A program made the position numbers and the translations under genes. A stretch of DNA of 64,000 nucleotides from Trichinella spiralis (Eukaryota). How positions within the stretch are numbered: the stretch's first letter is position 1; each line of letters begins with the position of its first letter. Below, one piece after another: positions 25,189 through 37,822 of the stretch. The stretch covers positions 1,941,854 to 2,005,853 of the forward strand of contig NW_003526940.1 of assembly GCF_000181795.1 (NCBI RefSeq), read 5' to 3'. The notes beneath the pieces are model-generated. The model had not been told where the DNA came from and made no database searches. It saw nothing but the letters and a program-made list of their open reading frames with translations.

Positions 25189-25206
25189 TGGTGCCACGAG
25201 CCGGGA
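25189..25206 (+). promoter_or_regulatory. Primer binding site (tRNA-Phe) of element 2
   Basis: TGGTGCCACGAGCCGGGA is the exact complement of the last 15 nt plus CCA of the tRNA-Phe at 62715-62787. Confidence 0.92.
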
Positions 25207-25305
25207 GAAGGAGGCTGGATTTGGAGAACCAGATACTTCTCAAGTGGTGATAGCTAGTCTGCAACGCTATATCGCAGTTAGAAACAGTTAAAAGATTGTC
25301 AGCTA

Positions 25306-28300
25306 TGGGCAACTTGGCTCAACGAAGAGCTGCTCAAGTACGCTGGTTAAAGACTGCCATGGAAAACATGGAAGCAGCTGTAGATGGTAGTGCTGAAACA
25401 AGACAGATTTGTTTCGCAAAGCTTATGGACACATGATCACATGACACAAGCTGCTCGATAGCACTATGGACCAGAAAGCAATTGATGTTTATACTGAAGA
25501 AAGAGAAACTATGTGTGCCGACATAACAGAGTTCAAAATCATGGTGGAAAACAAGGAACGTGAACTTGTGGCTCAAGAATGTAAACCTTCATTGTCTATG
25601 CCAATTTCTCAAGCCGGAAGCTCGAACGTGCGACTTCAAAAAATGGAGATAAAGAAATTCAATGGTGAGTACTATGATTGGCAACGGTTTCACGATGAAT
25701 TTGAGGCAACGATCAATTCCAATCCGAATTTGTCAGTGGTTGAGAAATTCAATTATTTACGATTGTTATCTGGGAATGCAGAAACTGCTATTCGGGGATT
25801 GATTCTGAATGCGGTTAATTATGAAACTGCATTGACCATCCTAAATGAGAAATTTGGTGACCCTCAACTCCTTATTGAAGAACACTTGAAGAGCTCACAA
25901 AACTTACCGGTAATAACGAATCAGTGGGATTCGAAACGGCTGGAAAAATTTGTGAACGATATGGAGATTCATATACGTGGTCTGGAAACGTTAAACACTC
26001 CACCTGTAGTGTATCAAGCAGTGTTGATGCCATTAATACTATCTCGACTGCCGAGAGAAATTTCTGTGGAATGGAAACGTCAAAATCCAAACCGACAGAA
26101 AGATATGTATGAATTACTGTCATTTCTGAAGACAGAATTAAAAAGTCGAGAAGTACCAACGTTTCCAAGGAGAGAAAGAAATTTCGTATCTCCATTTCCA
26201 CCCAATAGGAAGACAGTTCCACGAGGACAGTATACTACAGCCGCATTACAAACTACTGTAAGAAAAGCTTGCTTTATTTGTGGGAAAGATCATGCATTAG
26301 AAAACTGTCCTAAGTTCATTTGCATGAGTCCTAAAGAAAGAATGGCGAACATCAAGAAGCTGGGATTGTGCTTCTTATCCTGAAGAAAAGCCATTTAGTA
26401 GCAACTTGTAAAGCAAAGTTGAGGTGTCGAGTGGAAGAGTGTTCTAAGCGTCATCACCCGTTGATTCATCTGAACCAAGAGAGACGTTCGGTCATTGAAA
26501 ACCAACCTAATACACTAGAGGAAAATAAAGTTCATGTTACTCATGCTATGGTTGGTAATCGAGGCACATTGCTTCAATCAGCCCGTGCTAGACTATATAA
26601 TGAAGAAGGAAATTCTATGGTTGTCAACTGTTTATTCGATAGCGGTTCACAACGCTCTTTCGTGAAGAAGAGTGTCGCAGAAGCTTTAAGCTTAAAAGGC
26701 CCTTTCGAAACAGTGAACATAGAATCTTTCGGAATCATTAATAGTGAATGTTTACGAGTACGCCGGGTAAAATTTTGGTTGACATCGGTGAGAGACAAGT
26801 CTCACAAGAAACAAATGGTGGAAGCATTGTGTTTAAAGAAAATCACTGATCGTCCGAACGTCCGTTTGAATATTAAACGATATAGCCACTTCACATCCTT
26901 GCAATTAGCATAAAATTTTACTGATTTATCTCCCACCTTTGACGTACTTATTGGCCTGGACTACTATTATGACTTTATTAATCATAAAGGGTCATCATAA
27001 AGGGTCAAGAGGGAGAACCGATGGCAATACATTCCACCTTGGGATGGATCATCTGTGATCCGACTCCAGGAAAAGTTACCACGAAAAGCACCAAGATGTT
27101 TGCAAAAGTAGAAGATCATCTTGATGATATTTTGAAGAACTTTTGGGATATGGAAGCCGTCGGAATAAAAGAGGAAAAAAAGGAAACCGATTCAAAAACC
27201 TCACAACTGTTTGAGAAAACAGTACATTTTGACGGGGAAAGATACGAAGTACAGCTTCCTTGGTCAAATGAAGAATCGAAACTACCAAACAATTATAAGC
27301 AGGCTTTGGATCGATTAATTCAAACAGAACGGAGCTTGCGAAGAAACCCTACCAAGGCTCAGTTATATGAGGATGGAATGAAAGAATATCTAGAAAATGG
27401 ATTTGTCGAAGAAGTGAATGACGTACAAAGGACGACCTGGAAGAACGTGGTATCTACCACATCATACCGTCCTAAGAGAAGACAAATCCAGCACGAAATG
27501 CCGGATAGTGTTTGATGGATCCGCGCAATTTCGTAATGACTCCCTCAATAGACAGTAAGATCCAGGACCTCCGCTTCAAAATGATCTGGTCAAAATATTA
27601 TTACGTTCCGCAGATTTCGTGTAGGACTGCAAGCAGACATCAAAGATGTTCTTGCAGATTGGGCTACATGAAAAGGATCGAGATGTTACTCGATTTCTAT
27701 GGAGAGAGTTGGGATCTCAAAAAGCACCGCGAATATTCCGCTTCAGGCGAGTATGCTTTGGGCTTACTTGCTCGTTATTCCTGGCATTGAGCGTGACGGG
27801 ACATCACGCATTAAAGCATCTACAAGGATTCCCACTAGGGGCGAATCAAGTTTTGGAGAATATGCATGTGGACGATATCGTATTCTCAGTAGATGAAAAT
27901 GAAGAGGCCAGAGAAACTGCGAGACAGTTGGTGGCATTGATGAAAAAAGGCGGATTTCATCTGACTAAATGGGTCAGCAATTTGGGCGCGGTGTTGGCGG
28001 ATGTACCGTCAGAAGATATATTGGGAAAGAACACTAGGACATCAAAGATATTAGGCATCGTTTGGGACTCGGCAAACGATGAATTAGTTTATAGTGTTCT
28101 TTCTGATGTCGATCCTTGGTCGCGTGACACAAAACGTCAATTGATAAGTGTTACTGCGAAGGTGTATGATCCCCTTGGTCACCTTTCTCCATACATAATA
28201 AGGGCGAAGGTAGTATTTCAGAAGTTGTGGAAAAAAGGCTTAAATTGGGTTGATGAGTTACCATCAGATCTGCAAAAGGAATGGCAGACATGGAAGATGG

Positions 28301-29350
28301 AATTGTGTGATATATTAGATATCCGAATTCTAAGGTGTCTCATCCCATTTCCTGGTTCTACAATGAATAAAGTTGAGCTGCACGCGTTTGGAAACGCATC
28401 GGAAACTGCCTATGGAGCAGTGGTCTATGTAGTAGTGAATAAAGAAGACAACAGCTCAATATCGAATGTTGTAATGGCCAAATCGAGGGTTGCACCTTTG
28501 AAGAAGATGACTCTCCCTCGTTTGGAATTAATGGCAGCACAGATGGTAGCTAAATTGATAACCTTCGTAAAAGATACATTAAAAATTAGGATCTACAGAT
28601 TGACTTGCTGGATAGACAGAAAGACTACGTTATGTTGGATAAAAGGTTCGTCACGAAGATGGAAACCTTTTATCCTAAACCGAGTCGAGAATATTCAACA
28701 GTTAGTGGAACCGTCTCAATGGAGACATTGTCCAACTAACTCAAATCCGGCGGATATACTGAGCCGTGGTTCAACAATAAATCAACTACGGGCAAAATCA
28801 TTGTGGTGGAATGGTCCTACTTGGCTAACTGATGAAGATAGCTGGTCAAAAGATATAGATTCGGCTAAACCAGAGGAATATGATGCAGAGTATTGTGTTA
28901 CAGAAGAGAGACGATCAGTAAAAGTGTTAGTGGAGTTAGTGGAGAATATCTACTTGAATCCAGAACGGTATGAACACTTCGACCGTCTGTTACGAATAAC
29001 AGCATTTTGTATACGGTTTGGGAAGAATTGTCGTCTGCCTAAACCAGATCGTCTGGTAGGATACGTTACACCGTTGGAAATACAAAATGCCGAAAATTAT
29101 TGGATTCGCAAAGCGCAGCATGAACGCTTTTCAACGGAGATCTACCAGTTATCTAACGAAAGGCAAATTGCTGCAAATAGCAGATTACAGCAATTTGATC
29201 CATTCCTAGATGAATATGGACTACTGAGAATTGGAGGACGCCTTCAAAATTCTGATTTACCAGAACACACGAAACATCCAATACTTTTGCCAGATAAACA
29301 TCCTACTACCACCGCAATAATACGAAGATGCCATCTGCGGCAATCTCCAT
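25306..29350 (+). pseudogene. BEL/Pao gag-pol of element 2, multiply disrupted and truncated in the integrase zinc finger
   Basis: Gag KFNGEYYDWQRF, CFICGKDH; protease LFDSGSQRSF; RT CFGLTCS, MHVDD; RNase H HAFGNASETAYG; PFLDEYGLLRIGGRL; ends at IIRRCHLRQ. Roughly eight stops or frameshifts (e.g. near 25435, 26380, 26911, 27430, 27556, 27605). Confidence 0.92.
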
Positions 29351-29937
29351 TTAGATACTATAAATAACTTGTTTACACGAATGCGTAGCAATTGACTCCT
29401 GGGAAACATTACGTTACAAACTGGAAATACTTGGCACTTGGCCAACTATTTGTTTTCTGCTAAAAATAAGCAATCGATATCGCCAGAGAGTGTGTTGGAA
29501 ACTCTCAATTCCTGGAATTGGGGTATATTTAGATATCAATGAGAATACGTCATTGTGCACGAGAAGCGTGTGTATATATGAGAGAAGAAGAGCAGTACGA
29601 GTAGTAGCAGAGCAGTACGAGCAGTACCAGAAGCAGTACCACCAGCAGTGGTAAAAAGTGATAGTAGCAGTATCAGTCGTAGATGTTGTGAAGACAACCG
29701 TGTGTTTGAGCGTTATTGTTGTTTTGAGATCGTTGAGTAAAATTGTTTCTCTCTGATTGTCGTTATTACTGAAGGCAATAAATTTGTGTGGACTGATATT
29801 TGCTTGGACGCAGTAGTTATCACAATTAACAAAGAACCACAGAAAGCTTATTCGTCACGAGGACGAATAAGGCGCAAGGAACTACAGTCAGTATTGGAAC
29901 CCGATTGTTAGTTATTAAAAGTGTAGTCTTTACTACA
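29348..29937 (+). mobile_element. LTR of family X (right copy, 5'-truncated by ~25 bp)
   Basis: Reverse complement of 23642-24231 (590 bp, one mismatch seen); ends ...TACTACA. Confidence 0.92.
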
Positions 29938-29957
29938 TATTATATTATGTTGTATTA

Positions 29958-30306
29958 ATTATATTATATTATATTATATTATATTATATTATATTATATT
30001 ATATTATATTATATTATATTATATTATATTANNNNNNNNNNNNNNNNNNNNNNNNNNNNNNNNNNNNNNNNNNNNNNNNNNNNNNNNNNNNNNNNNNNNN
30101 NNNNNNNNNNNNNNNNNNNNNNNNNNNNNNNNNNNNNNNNNNNNNNNNNNNNNNNNNNNNNNNNNNNNNNNNNNNNNNNNNNNNNNNNNNNNNNNNNNNN
30201 NNNNNNNNNNNNNNNNNNNNNNNNNNNNNNNNNNNNNNNNNNNNNNNNNNNNNNNNNNNNNNNNNNNNNNATATTATATTATATTATATTATATTATATT
30301 ATATTA
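29958..30306. repeat. (ATATT)n microsatellite spanning an assembly gap
   Basis: Pentamer repeat on both sides of the N run at ~30032-30270. Confidence 0.9.
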
Positions 30307-30310
30307 CTGC

Positions 30311-30717
30311 TGTAGACTTGTAGGGTAATCGTACTACACTTTGTTATAGACAATTAGGTTCTACAACTGTCTTCTTTCGCGGCTTAATTTGAATTTCATA
30401 AATCTGGCTTTTCGTATATGATAATGTCGAATATATTTTATTGAATATACAATCAAACACAGGCAAAGGACGAACGAAAAGGATTACAGCAACTATTCTC
30501 TACCTCGATCTGAACGCAACTAACTAATTAACTGTTGTTCTCTGGTTCAATAACAACAGCGGTTGTTTCTTTAGCTAGTAAACAACGGCAGCTGTTCCAA
30601 TAAATCAATCACAAACGTTGATAGAGTAACAGCCGAATAATGTACGCTATTGAATTGGAATTTAGGTCAAGTCAGATCGAATATGTAAAAATATCACTTG
30701 AAGCGTAGGGGCTAACA
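30311..30717 (-). mobile_element. Solo LTR-like repeat (family Z)
   Basis: TGTAGA...CTAACA ends; inverted homologue of 1777-2178. Confidence 0.65.
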
Positions 30718-30734
30718 ATTGCATTATATTACTA

Positions 30735-30970
30735 GTTAAGAAATCTTTCGTTCAAACTTGAAGATCTTTTTGTAGTGGACTGTATAGGTTAATTATAGAA
30801 AATCAATGGCAGCGGGAGTGACTGAGATTCGATTTATTCAGAATAAACAGTGAGTAACAACAATGATATAGCGAGAGAAAGTAGTTCAGGCGGTTGCGTG
30901 TTCTTCGCATGCGTTGGAAATCGTGTGTTGTTCCCTCCTCCCTCTCACTCGTATTTATATCTTTTTTTTG
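30735..30970 (-). repeat. Partial LTR (family W), possibly the 3' LTR remnant of element 3
   Basis: Reverse complement of 7255-7489; same orientation as the adjacent pol remnant. Confidence 0.6.
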
Positions 30971-31099
30971 GCCTCACTCCGCGTCTGGTGACCTAGATCA
31001 TCGAAAAGTAATTAGAAAATCGGCTTGGATACGCAACCCTTAGACTGTGCAGCTTAGCTGGAGTCTGAACAGGCGCGCTGTCATCCACATTTCACTTTG

Positions 31100-33250
31100 A
31101 CGCTGTTTCAGCCGCTGACCACCGGAGTTGTGCAGATATATGACAGGACGCTGACCTTTTGATGGTTTAATTGCTATTCCATTGTTTTCCATTAAGAGAA
31201 ACAAGGGGTGCAACTGGCGTTGCGCAATCGTTGTTTTCGTACCATGAGCAATGCTTTGTTACCATGGGGATTTTTAGATAGTGATGAGTAGGTATTGAGA
31301 AAAGATTTCTCAACACCTCCCACACCAAAAAGGTGAACCGGGTTTTATGCGTCACCGATAAACAGTGGACCTGCAAAGTCCACACCAGTATGGATGAATG
31401 GTGGTGTTTCAGTCACTCGGTCGGCCGGCAAGTCACCCATTCGGAGTCGATAGGGTTGCGCATCGACTCTGCGACATACCGGACATGAACGGATCACCGT
31501 CACCGTGTTTCTGGCTTTGACGAGCCAATACCTTGTTCTGATGGCTACCAGGGTCTGTTTATCGCTTGCATGCATCTGCCTGACATGGTGGTTCTTGATC
31601 AGTATCTCTAACACCAGCTGATTGTGTTGCAGGACTGGATGTTTGGACTCTGGAGGCAATGTGGATCGCCTCAGCTGTCCGCCCATCCTCAATAAACCAT
31701 CTTGATCTAGGAATGGTACAAACTCCTTCACTCGTTCAGCAGTGTTAGGCTTGACACCGAATTCCTTGACTTGGATCTCTCTGAGCCACAATGCTTCAGC
31801 GTTCCACAATTCTTTCACTGAAAAATTGGTATCAGTCCTTCTCTCTCTCACTGAGATTCGGCAGTTTCATGCGAAGACGCATCAAACTCATAACAACTGT
31901 ACCGGGTTGGGCTGATCACTTGCTCAATCCCGTACTTTATCTGACCGGCTAAGACGAAAACAGTTCTTTGCTCCGCTGTTAAGTGTTCACTGTCGTCTGG
32001 TATCCTCACCGGTTCTTTGGGCCAATTTTCCTTGTCTTGCGACAGCCAAACCACCACCAAGCCGTGCCACCACCGGTGCGCGTTAATCAACGTTTAGCGA
32101 ACATCCTCTATTGGAAATGTTCACTGAGTTTTCCATTGAGTGAGACAATATCTCCAGCTGTGGGGAGATACTAACTCCTGTATTTCTTGCACACGTTTTG
32201 CCACGAAAGGCTTCTAGCGAGATGCTCCCTTGATCCACGTGAGAGCTACTGTGCTGTCACTCCAGCAGGTGACTTCCTGAATTGGCAATGTCAATTCTTT
32301 CCTCAAATCTCTTCAATCTGGGGCATAGTAAAGTCGCCATTAGGTCCAGTCGCAGGAGACTGATGATTCATGGGTGCCACTCAGGATTTCGCCATCATCA
32401 AGTTCACCGAGATTTGTTTGTTTATCAATTTTACCCTGAGGTAAGCGCAGGCTGCGTATGCTGCTTGCGATGCCTCACTGAAAATGTGGAGTTTTATTCT
32501 CCGCACCTGATTCACCGGATAAGGTGATCCAGGGTCCGATTTTCAGTTGAGTAAGTTCAGTCAGCTCTTCGACCCAACACAATCAGCGTTTTGAGACCAG
32601 AGAAGGTAATGGAGCGTCCCAACTCAGGCTCATTGTCCACAAGGATTATAAGAGCACTTTTGCCTGCACGGTGAAGGGTGCTAGATAACCCAATGGATCA
32701 TAGATCCGAGCCGTCAGGCTCAACATCCTGCTTCTTGTGGTTAGACCCTGAGTTAAAAAACCGGTTGATGAGATGAAAGTGAGCGTGTCCTCCCTCTCCA
32801 CGCAGTAAACTCCGAGAGTCTTTCCGCGTTCTGTGCCTTCAGTCTTCGACACTTCCCCTCGGATTAGAGCATCCAGCAATCCTGGTCGATTGCTGCTCCA
32901 TTTCCGGAGATGAAAACCGCCCCTTTGAAGAACACGGTACTCTGCGGAGCAGATCCATCAGCTCAGATTCTTCATTGTAACTCATTTTATTTTTACTGGA
33001 TTTTATAAGGATGGAGTCAATCTCCCAGAACTTCAACAGAATTTCCACGTTGTCTTCAATTTGGTCACAGTGAAAGAGTCTGCACAGTCAGGAGACACAG
33101 AAGAGGACAGGTCTTCAACTGAGTGAAGCAGAAATATAACGGTACTGAGAGGACAACGGCGGATGCACCAGACCAAACACAATCCATCACAGACTTGCTT
33201 CGATAGTGACAAGGTCTGTTGGGTTACCTCGTAAAATTTTTCACCCAGAA
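31100..33250 (-). pseudogene. Highly decayed BEL/Pao pol remnant (element 3)
   Basis: Fragments KFWEID, TARIYDPLGYLAPFTVQAK, FSEASQAAYA, WWHG, PFLDQDGLLRMGGQL, MHAS..CPVC and HTGVDFAGPLF across many frames. Boundaries approximate. Confidence 0.85.
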
Positions 33251-34347
33251 ATCAGAAAAAATTTTTTCACAACTAATGTTACGTCACTGCTATTAAAGAT
33301 ACATAATCCTAAAGGGAAATGTTAAACGTTTGTTGTTAAAAATAGTTTGCCAAACAGAAAAAAATCAACTAGCTATTATTGTGAAGTATTATAATGCAAC
33401 AACTATTAAACATTTAGAAGTAGACTTGAGCGATGCTTTTGACAAAAATTTATTGAAACCTCTAAAATGGGTTCATCCTCATTTAAAAATAAGCTCTTTG
33501 CTAACCAGTTCAATCAAGCAAGCAATTCAGTTTAAAACCTTGTGAATGGATTGATATTTACAATCAACTGATGTTTCTGTGCAAAACAAAATGAGGGTAT
33601 TGCAAGATTTAAAATTTTTTCTGAAATTTTTATTTATCAAAAAATGTTCAATATATTCTTATTATATATATCTGTACTATTCTTTTATAGTTTGAAAAAT
33701 CTCAACCATTGATTGCAAGATGTTTTTCAACAAAAGAAAAGCTTCTCATAAATTTTTTTCAGTAATGGAAACAGAAGTTTTTTCTGAAAGTTAGTGATGA
33801 GTTATTCTAGTTTTACAGAAGATGACAGAATTAAGCAGAAAATAGTTTCGCTTTCTCAAAACTTAATCACATTAAGGCATTGTACGTAAGTTTTGTAGAG
33901 ACCTACATAAACATGGAAAACAGTTAAGAACTAATATATTTTAACAGAAGAAATGTTTTATTTAGCATGCTCTGCTGTTGAATAAGATAATTTGTGATCG
34001 CCCAAAAAAACATTGATTTTCAAGAAGCAGTAAATCAACCAGATCTGAATTGTTGTTTTTGAAGCCACAAACTTTTCAGTCATTGAATAATAGTTATGAA
34101 AGTATCAAATCAACTTGAATGCGTTGATTTAGTACGCGCAGCTGTTGGCTCATGATGATTCTATTCAAATAGAAGATGAGCAACTGTCAACTTGTTGAAA
34201 GGTGAAGTTATTCAACTGAAACTAGGAGTGGTCAAAGTCATCAGCAGCTGAACATTTCCAGATTTTACATCATGAAAACTCTTTTTGTTATAAATCAAAA
34301 AACATTTACTTGGATGGTATAAGATAAATGCAAATAAAATTTTTAAT

Positions 34348-34991
34348 TGTAGCAAATTTAGCTACACTTTGTATAACTAACAATCAGGTTCCAATACTGA
34401 CTGTAGTTATTCGCGGCTTATTCGTCCTCGTGATGAATAAGCTTTCTCTGGTTCTTTGTTGATGGTGATAACTACTGCGTCCAAGCTAATCGTTCCACAC
34501 AAATTTATTGCTTTCAGCAATAAACGAAAATCAGATAGAAACAGTTTTATTCAACGATCTCAAACAATACTACTCAAGCACACAGTTATCTTCACAGTGT
34601 ATACGACTAACACTGCTACTATCACAAGTACTAAACGTACTCTCAACGCGTGTACTGCTCGTACTCTTAACGCGTGTACTGCTCGTACTCTTAACGCGTG
34701 TACTGCTCGTACTGCCTCTCTGCTCTTGTTCTCTCGTATATATACGCACTTCTCTTGCGCAATGACGTATTCTCATTGATTTCTAAATATACCCCAATTC
34801 CAGGAATTGAGAGTTTCCAACACACGCTGACAATATCGATTGCCAATTCTTTTTAGCAGAGAACAAATAGTTGGCCAACTGCCAAGTATTTTCAATTTGT
34901 GACGTAATGTTTGCCGAGAGCCAATTGCTACATATTCACGTAAACAAGTTATTTATAGTATCTAAATATAAATAGATTCTAATTTCTAACA
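34348..34991 (-). mobile_element. Complete solo LTR (family X), 644 bp
   Basis: TG...CA ends, perfect 5-bp TSD TTAAT (34343-34347, 34992-34996), diverged homologue of 23642-24255. Contains a 3 x 24-bp tandem repeat at 34636-34707. Confidence 0.93.
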
Positions 34992-35232
34992 TTAATCTTT
35001 GTAAATAACATAAAAACAAGTTGTGATAAAGCATACTACCAGCTATTGAATGCATATTTTACAATTGAAAATGTAAATCATACCTCAGAAAGTTTTGTTT
35101 GCAAAAATGGAAAAGGATTGTTATGAACAGTGAAAAGAATTAAAGCCTGACTATCAGAATATGCTTACTGAAGATTACTGTATGATAAATATAGAAAGTT
35201 TTGGCGATTTATTGATAATTGGGAAGAGGCTT

Positions 35233-36494
35233 TGTGACGTTAGTGAGTGTGAATAAATAGTCATTTCCATCGATTGTGATTAATTTTGTACTATCGTTAC
35301 TGTTGAAACGTTTACCGTATCAAGAAAAGAAGGTAAACTTGTAAGAGGTCTAGCGATAGCTGATTGAATGGAAGGGTTTTCATCTAGAAACAAACAGAAT
35401 TGACTCGTATTCAATATACAGAGTTTATAGTGTATTAGTGAACGAGAATTGAACGTTAAGTCGACGAAACCGATTTGATTCGTATCAGCGTGACGAATAC
35501 ACTGATATTGGACACAGTTGACGAAATACTGTAATTTGATTGATAGTCGATTTACCACCAACTGAATTGAACGATTATATCATCAGGGGGTGGTTTTACT
35601 CGGTCCCGCTTTTCTCTCATTGGTCTTTGCCCACGCTATTTTATTAGACCGTCAAATCTTTGTTGTATTGGTTTTCATTTTATTTGGCCGTGAAGTCTTT
35701 GTCGTAATGGTTTTCTTTGTCTAATTCCTCAGTGAAGTCTTTGTCGCATTGGTTTTTTTTGTCTAATTGCTCATTGATTCAAACTCTTCAGTTGTGAGTA
35801 AGATTTGACGGTCCAATNNNNNNNNNNAATATCAACTGTGGGGGACTGTTACCCCATACAAATTATGCAAATCGCCTGTGAAATGTTGTGAGTACTAGAA
35901 ATTAAGTTCGAAATAGTCGCAAACGCGGCATATATCATGAGGTTAAAAGGGGACAAAGATGGTAAAAGGGACAGGGATCCAACGAAATGTTTCGTTTTTA
36001 GCGAAGTAAACACTTATCACTATTTGGATTTGATTAGTAGCAGTCGATGATTCGTTATCAGCAATAATTGCAGATTTTTGATGCTCTTGATTGTAAAAAA
36101 ATTATAACCTCGTAGTACCGTGTTGGATTCAATATTGGTTTGTGTTTCTTTTCCGAAATTTTCAATCTCACTTCTGTATTATGACGTTCTCTTTTCGTGT
36201 TTTTTATTGCTATTATAATTGATAGTGAGAAAAGCGGGACCGAGTAGTACCAAACCTATCATCAGAGGAACCTGACGATCGAAGATGAAGATTCAGTCCG
36301 ACGTTTCTGGATTTTACAAGGATGTCTATGAATTCCCGCATAAGGTAAATTATTAGTGGACCGCCCATATTAGATCAAGATTTAGTGACCAGCAGTCAAC
36401 CAATGACAGATCAACATTGAATAGCTAATGAAATTGTACAAATCCTCAGCCAATTAGAAAACAAGATTGAATACCGAATCAGTGAACAGACAAC
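35233..36494. mobile_element. Possible old solo LTR interrupted by the TIR element
   Basis: TGTGACG...ACAACA ends; short motifs (TGAATAGCTAAT, AGCCAATTA) shared with the family W region at 7070-7170. No TSD. Confidence 0.3.
35587..36256. mobile_element. Non-autonomous TIR DNA transposon (MITE-like) with 9-bp TSD; MULE or Merlin type
   Basis: 30-bp TIRs (26/30; core TACTCGGTCCCGCTTTTCTC exact), perfect TSD TATCATCAG at 35578-35586 and 36257-36265. No coding capacity seen; contains a 10-N gap. Confidence 0.88.
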
Positions 36495-37822
36495 AAAAAA
36501 AGAAGCCAGAAGCCGACAAATAAAGAATATCCTATTAAAATTTTAAGAATAATGCACCTTTTCATAACAATATTTGACGTAAATAAAGATATTCTACTGA
36601 ATTTTGTTTAAAACTGCTTGATAGACACACAGTGAAGTATACTATGTGAAGTTGATGTAATCTTATTTTTAAAATTCAATTTGCATATCATTTTAAAATT
36701 AATTTTCACATTTATAAATTGTATACAAGAATAATGCATTTTTCTAAATAAAAAAATTTTCTTGAGCTGTTTCCTGTTTCGTGTTTGTTTGCATTTGATA
36801 TCATAACTACGCTTAGAATACAAGCATGCAATTTTCAATGACGGGTTTTCACAGAATTTATGTTTTGACGTTTCAATGTTTGCTTCCATGCTGCTTTTGC
36901 TAGTTGAGCATTGCTGGAGCATGAAATCAAATAAAAGTTGTGCTGCAATTGTAGGTTACGATGAACTTGTTTTCAGCTAAGTTTTTCAATTTGAAATGTT
37001 AACCGTTATATTTTTGTGGAAAATTCAGTTCAATCATCGAATAATTTTCACCACCTAAAATTTAAGCAGTGTTAATATTAATGGACCAGTTGTTCATTTT
37101 TTACTGATAAGAACAGGACAAGTGGTCACAATGTAATAGATAAAACATGTTCTATGATTTGTAGCTTAGGGAAGTTTTATTTACATTCTAAAATTTACCG
37201 CCGTCAATGTTCAGAAATATTATCATTGAATGTTGCACATTTTATCAACTGCAGTTGCTTCATGTTAATGTTTGATAACTCTTTATTGTCACGAATTGCA
37301 GCACAAATTTGAAAACGTGTAAGCAAGCTTACATGAACAAACAGCTCTACTCTCAGGTAAAAATGTACGTTTCACTTTAATCATTCAAACAAAAAGATTA
37401 CCATATATGAAAAGAATGATAATAGATCTTAAATAAATTTAAAAGTTAAAATGTTTATAGATAAAAGCAAAATTTTTTCAAATTATTTAAATAATATTAT
37501 TAAGAAATAAAAAAGAAGCAAAAAGCTTCGATTATAGAATTCGCATGTATTATATATATAAGAGCATTTCACAGTTGTAGATTAAATTTTTTAATTATTT
37601 GTTCATTTTAATGCTTATTTATTAGCACTTTCCTTATTGTGATTTATATTCAACGTGTTTTCTTTAGAAGAGAAGCCTAAATTTATGAACTTTTTAAACG
37701 AAAAATTTTTCCATTTGCATTTTTGGATGTTTCATCCATAATTTTTGTGTAAATATTTTTTCAACCAATTCGTTGTCGTTTCAGTGTAAATTTGTGAAAT
37801 AAAAGAAAACTATCATTTCATA

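Noticed and set aside
23642..29937. DIRS-type element with inverted LTRs
   Set aside because: The internal ORFs are BEL/Pao (aspartic protease, tRNA PBS, DDE-integrase N-terminus), with no tyrosine recombinase or internal complementary region.
34636..34713. CRISPR-like or protein-coding repeat (RTLNACTA)n
   Set aside because: Head-to-tail 24-bp units without spacers, inside a solo LTR in eukaryotic DNA.
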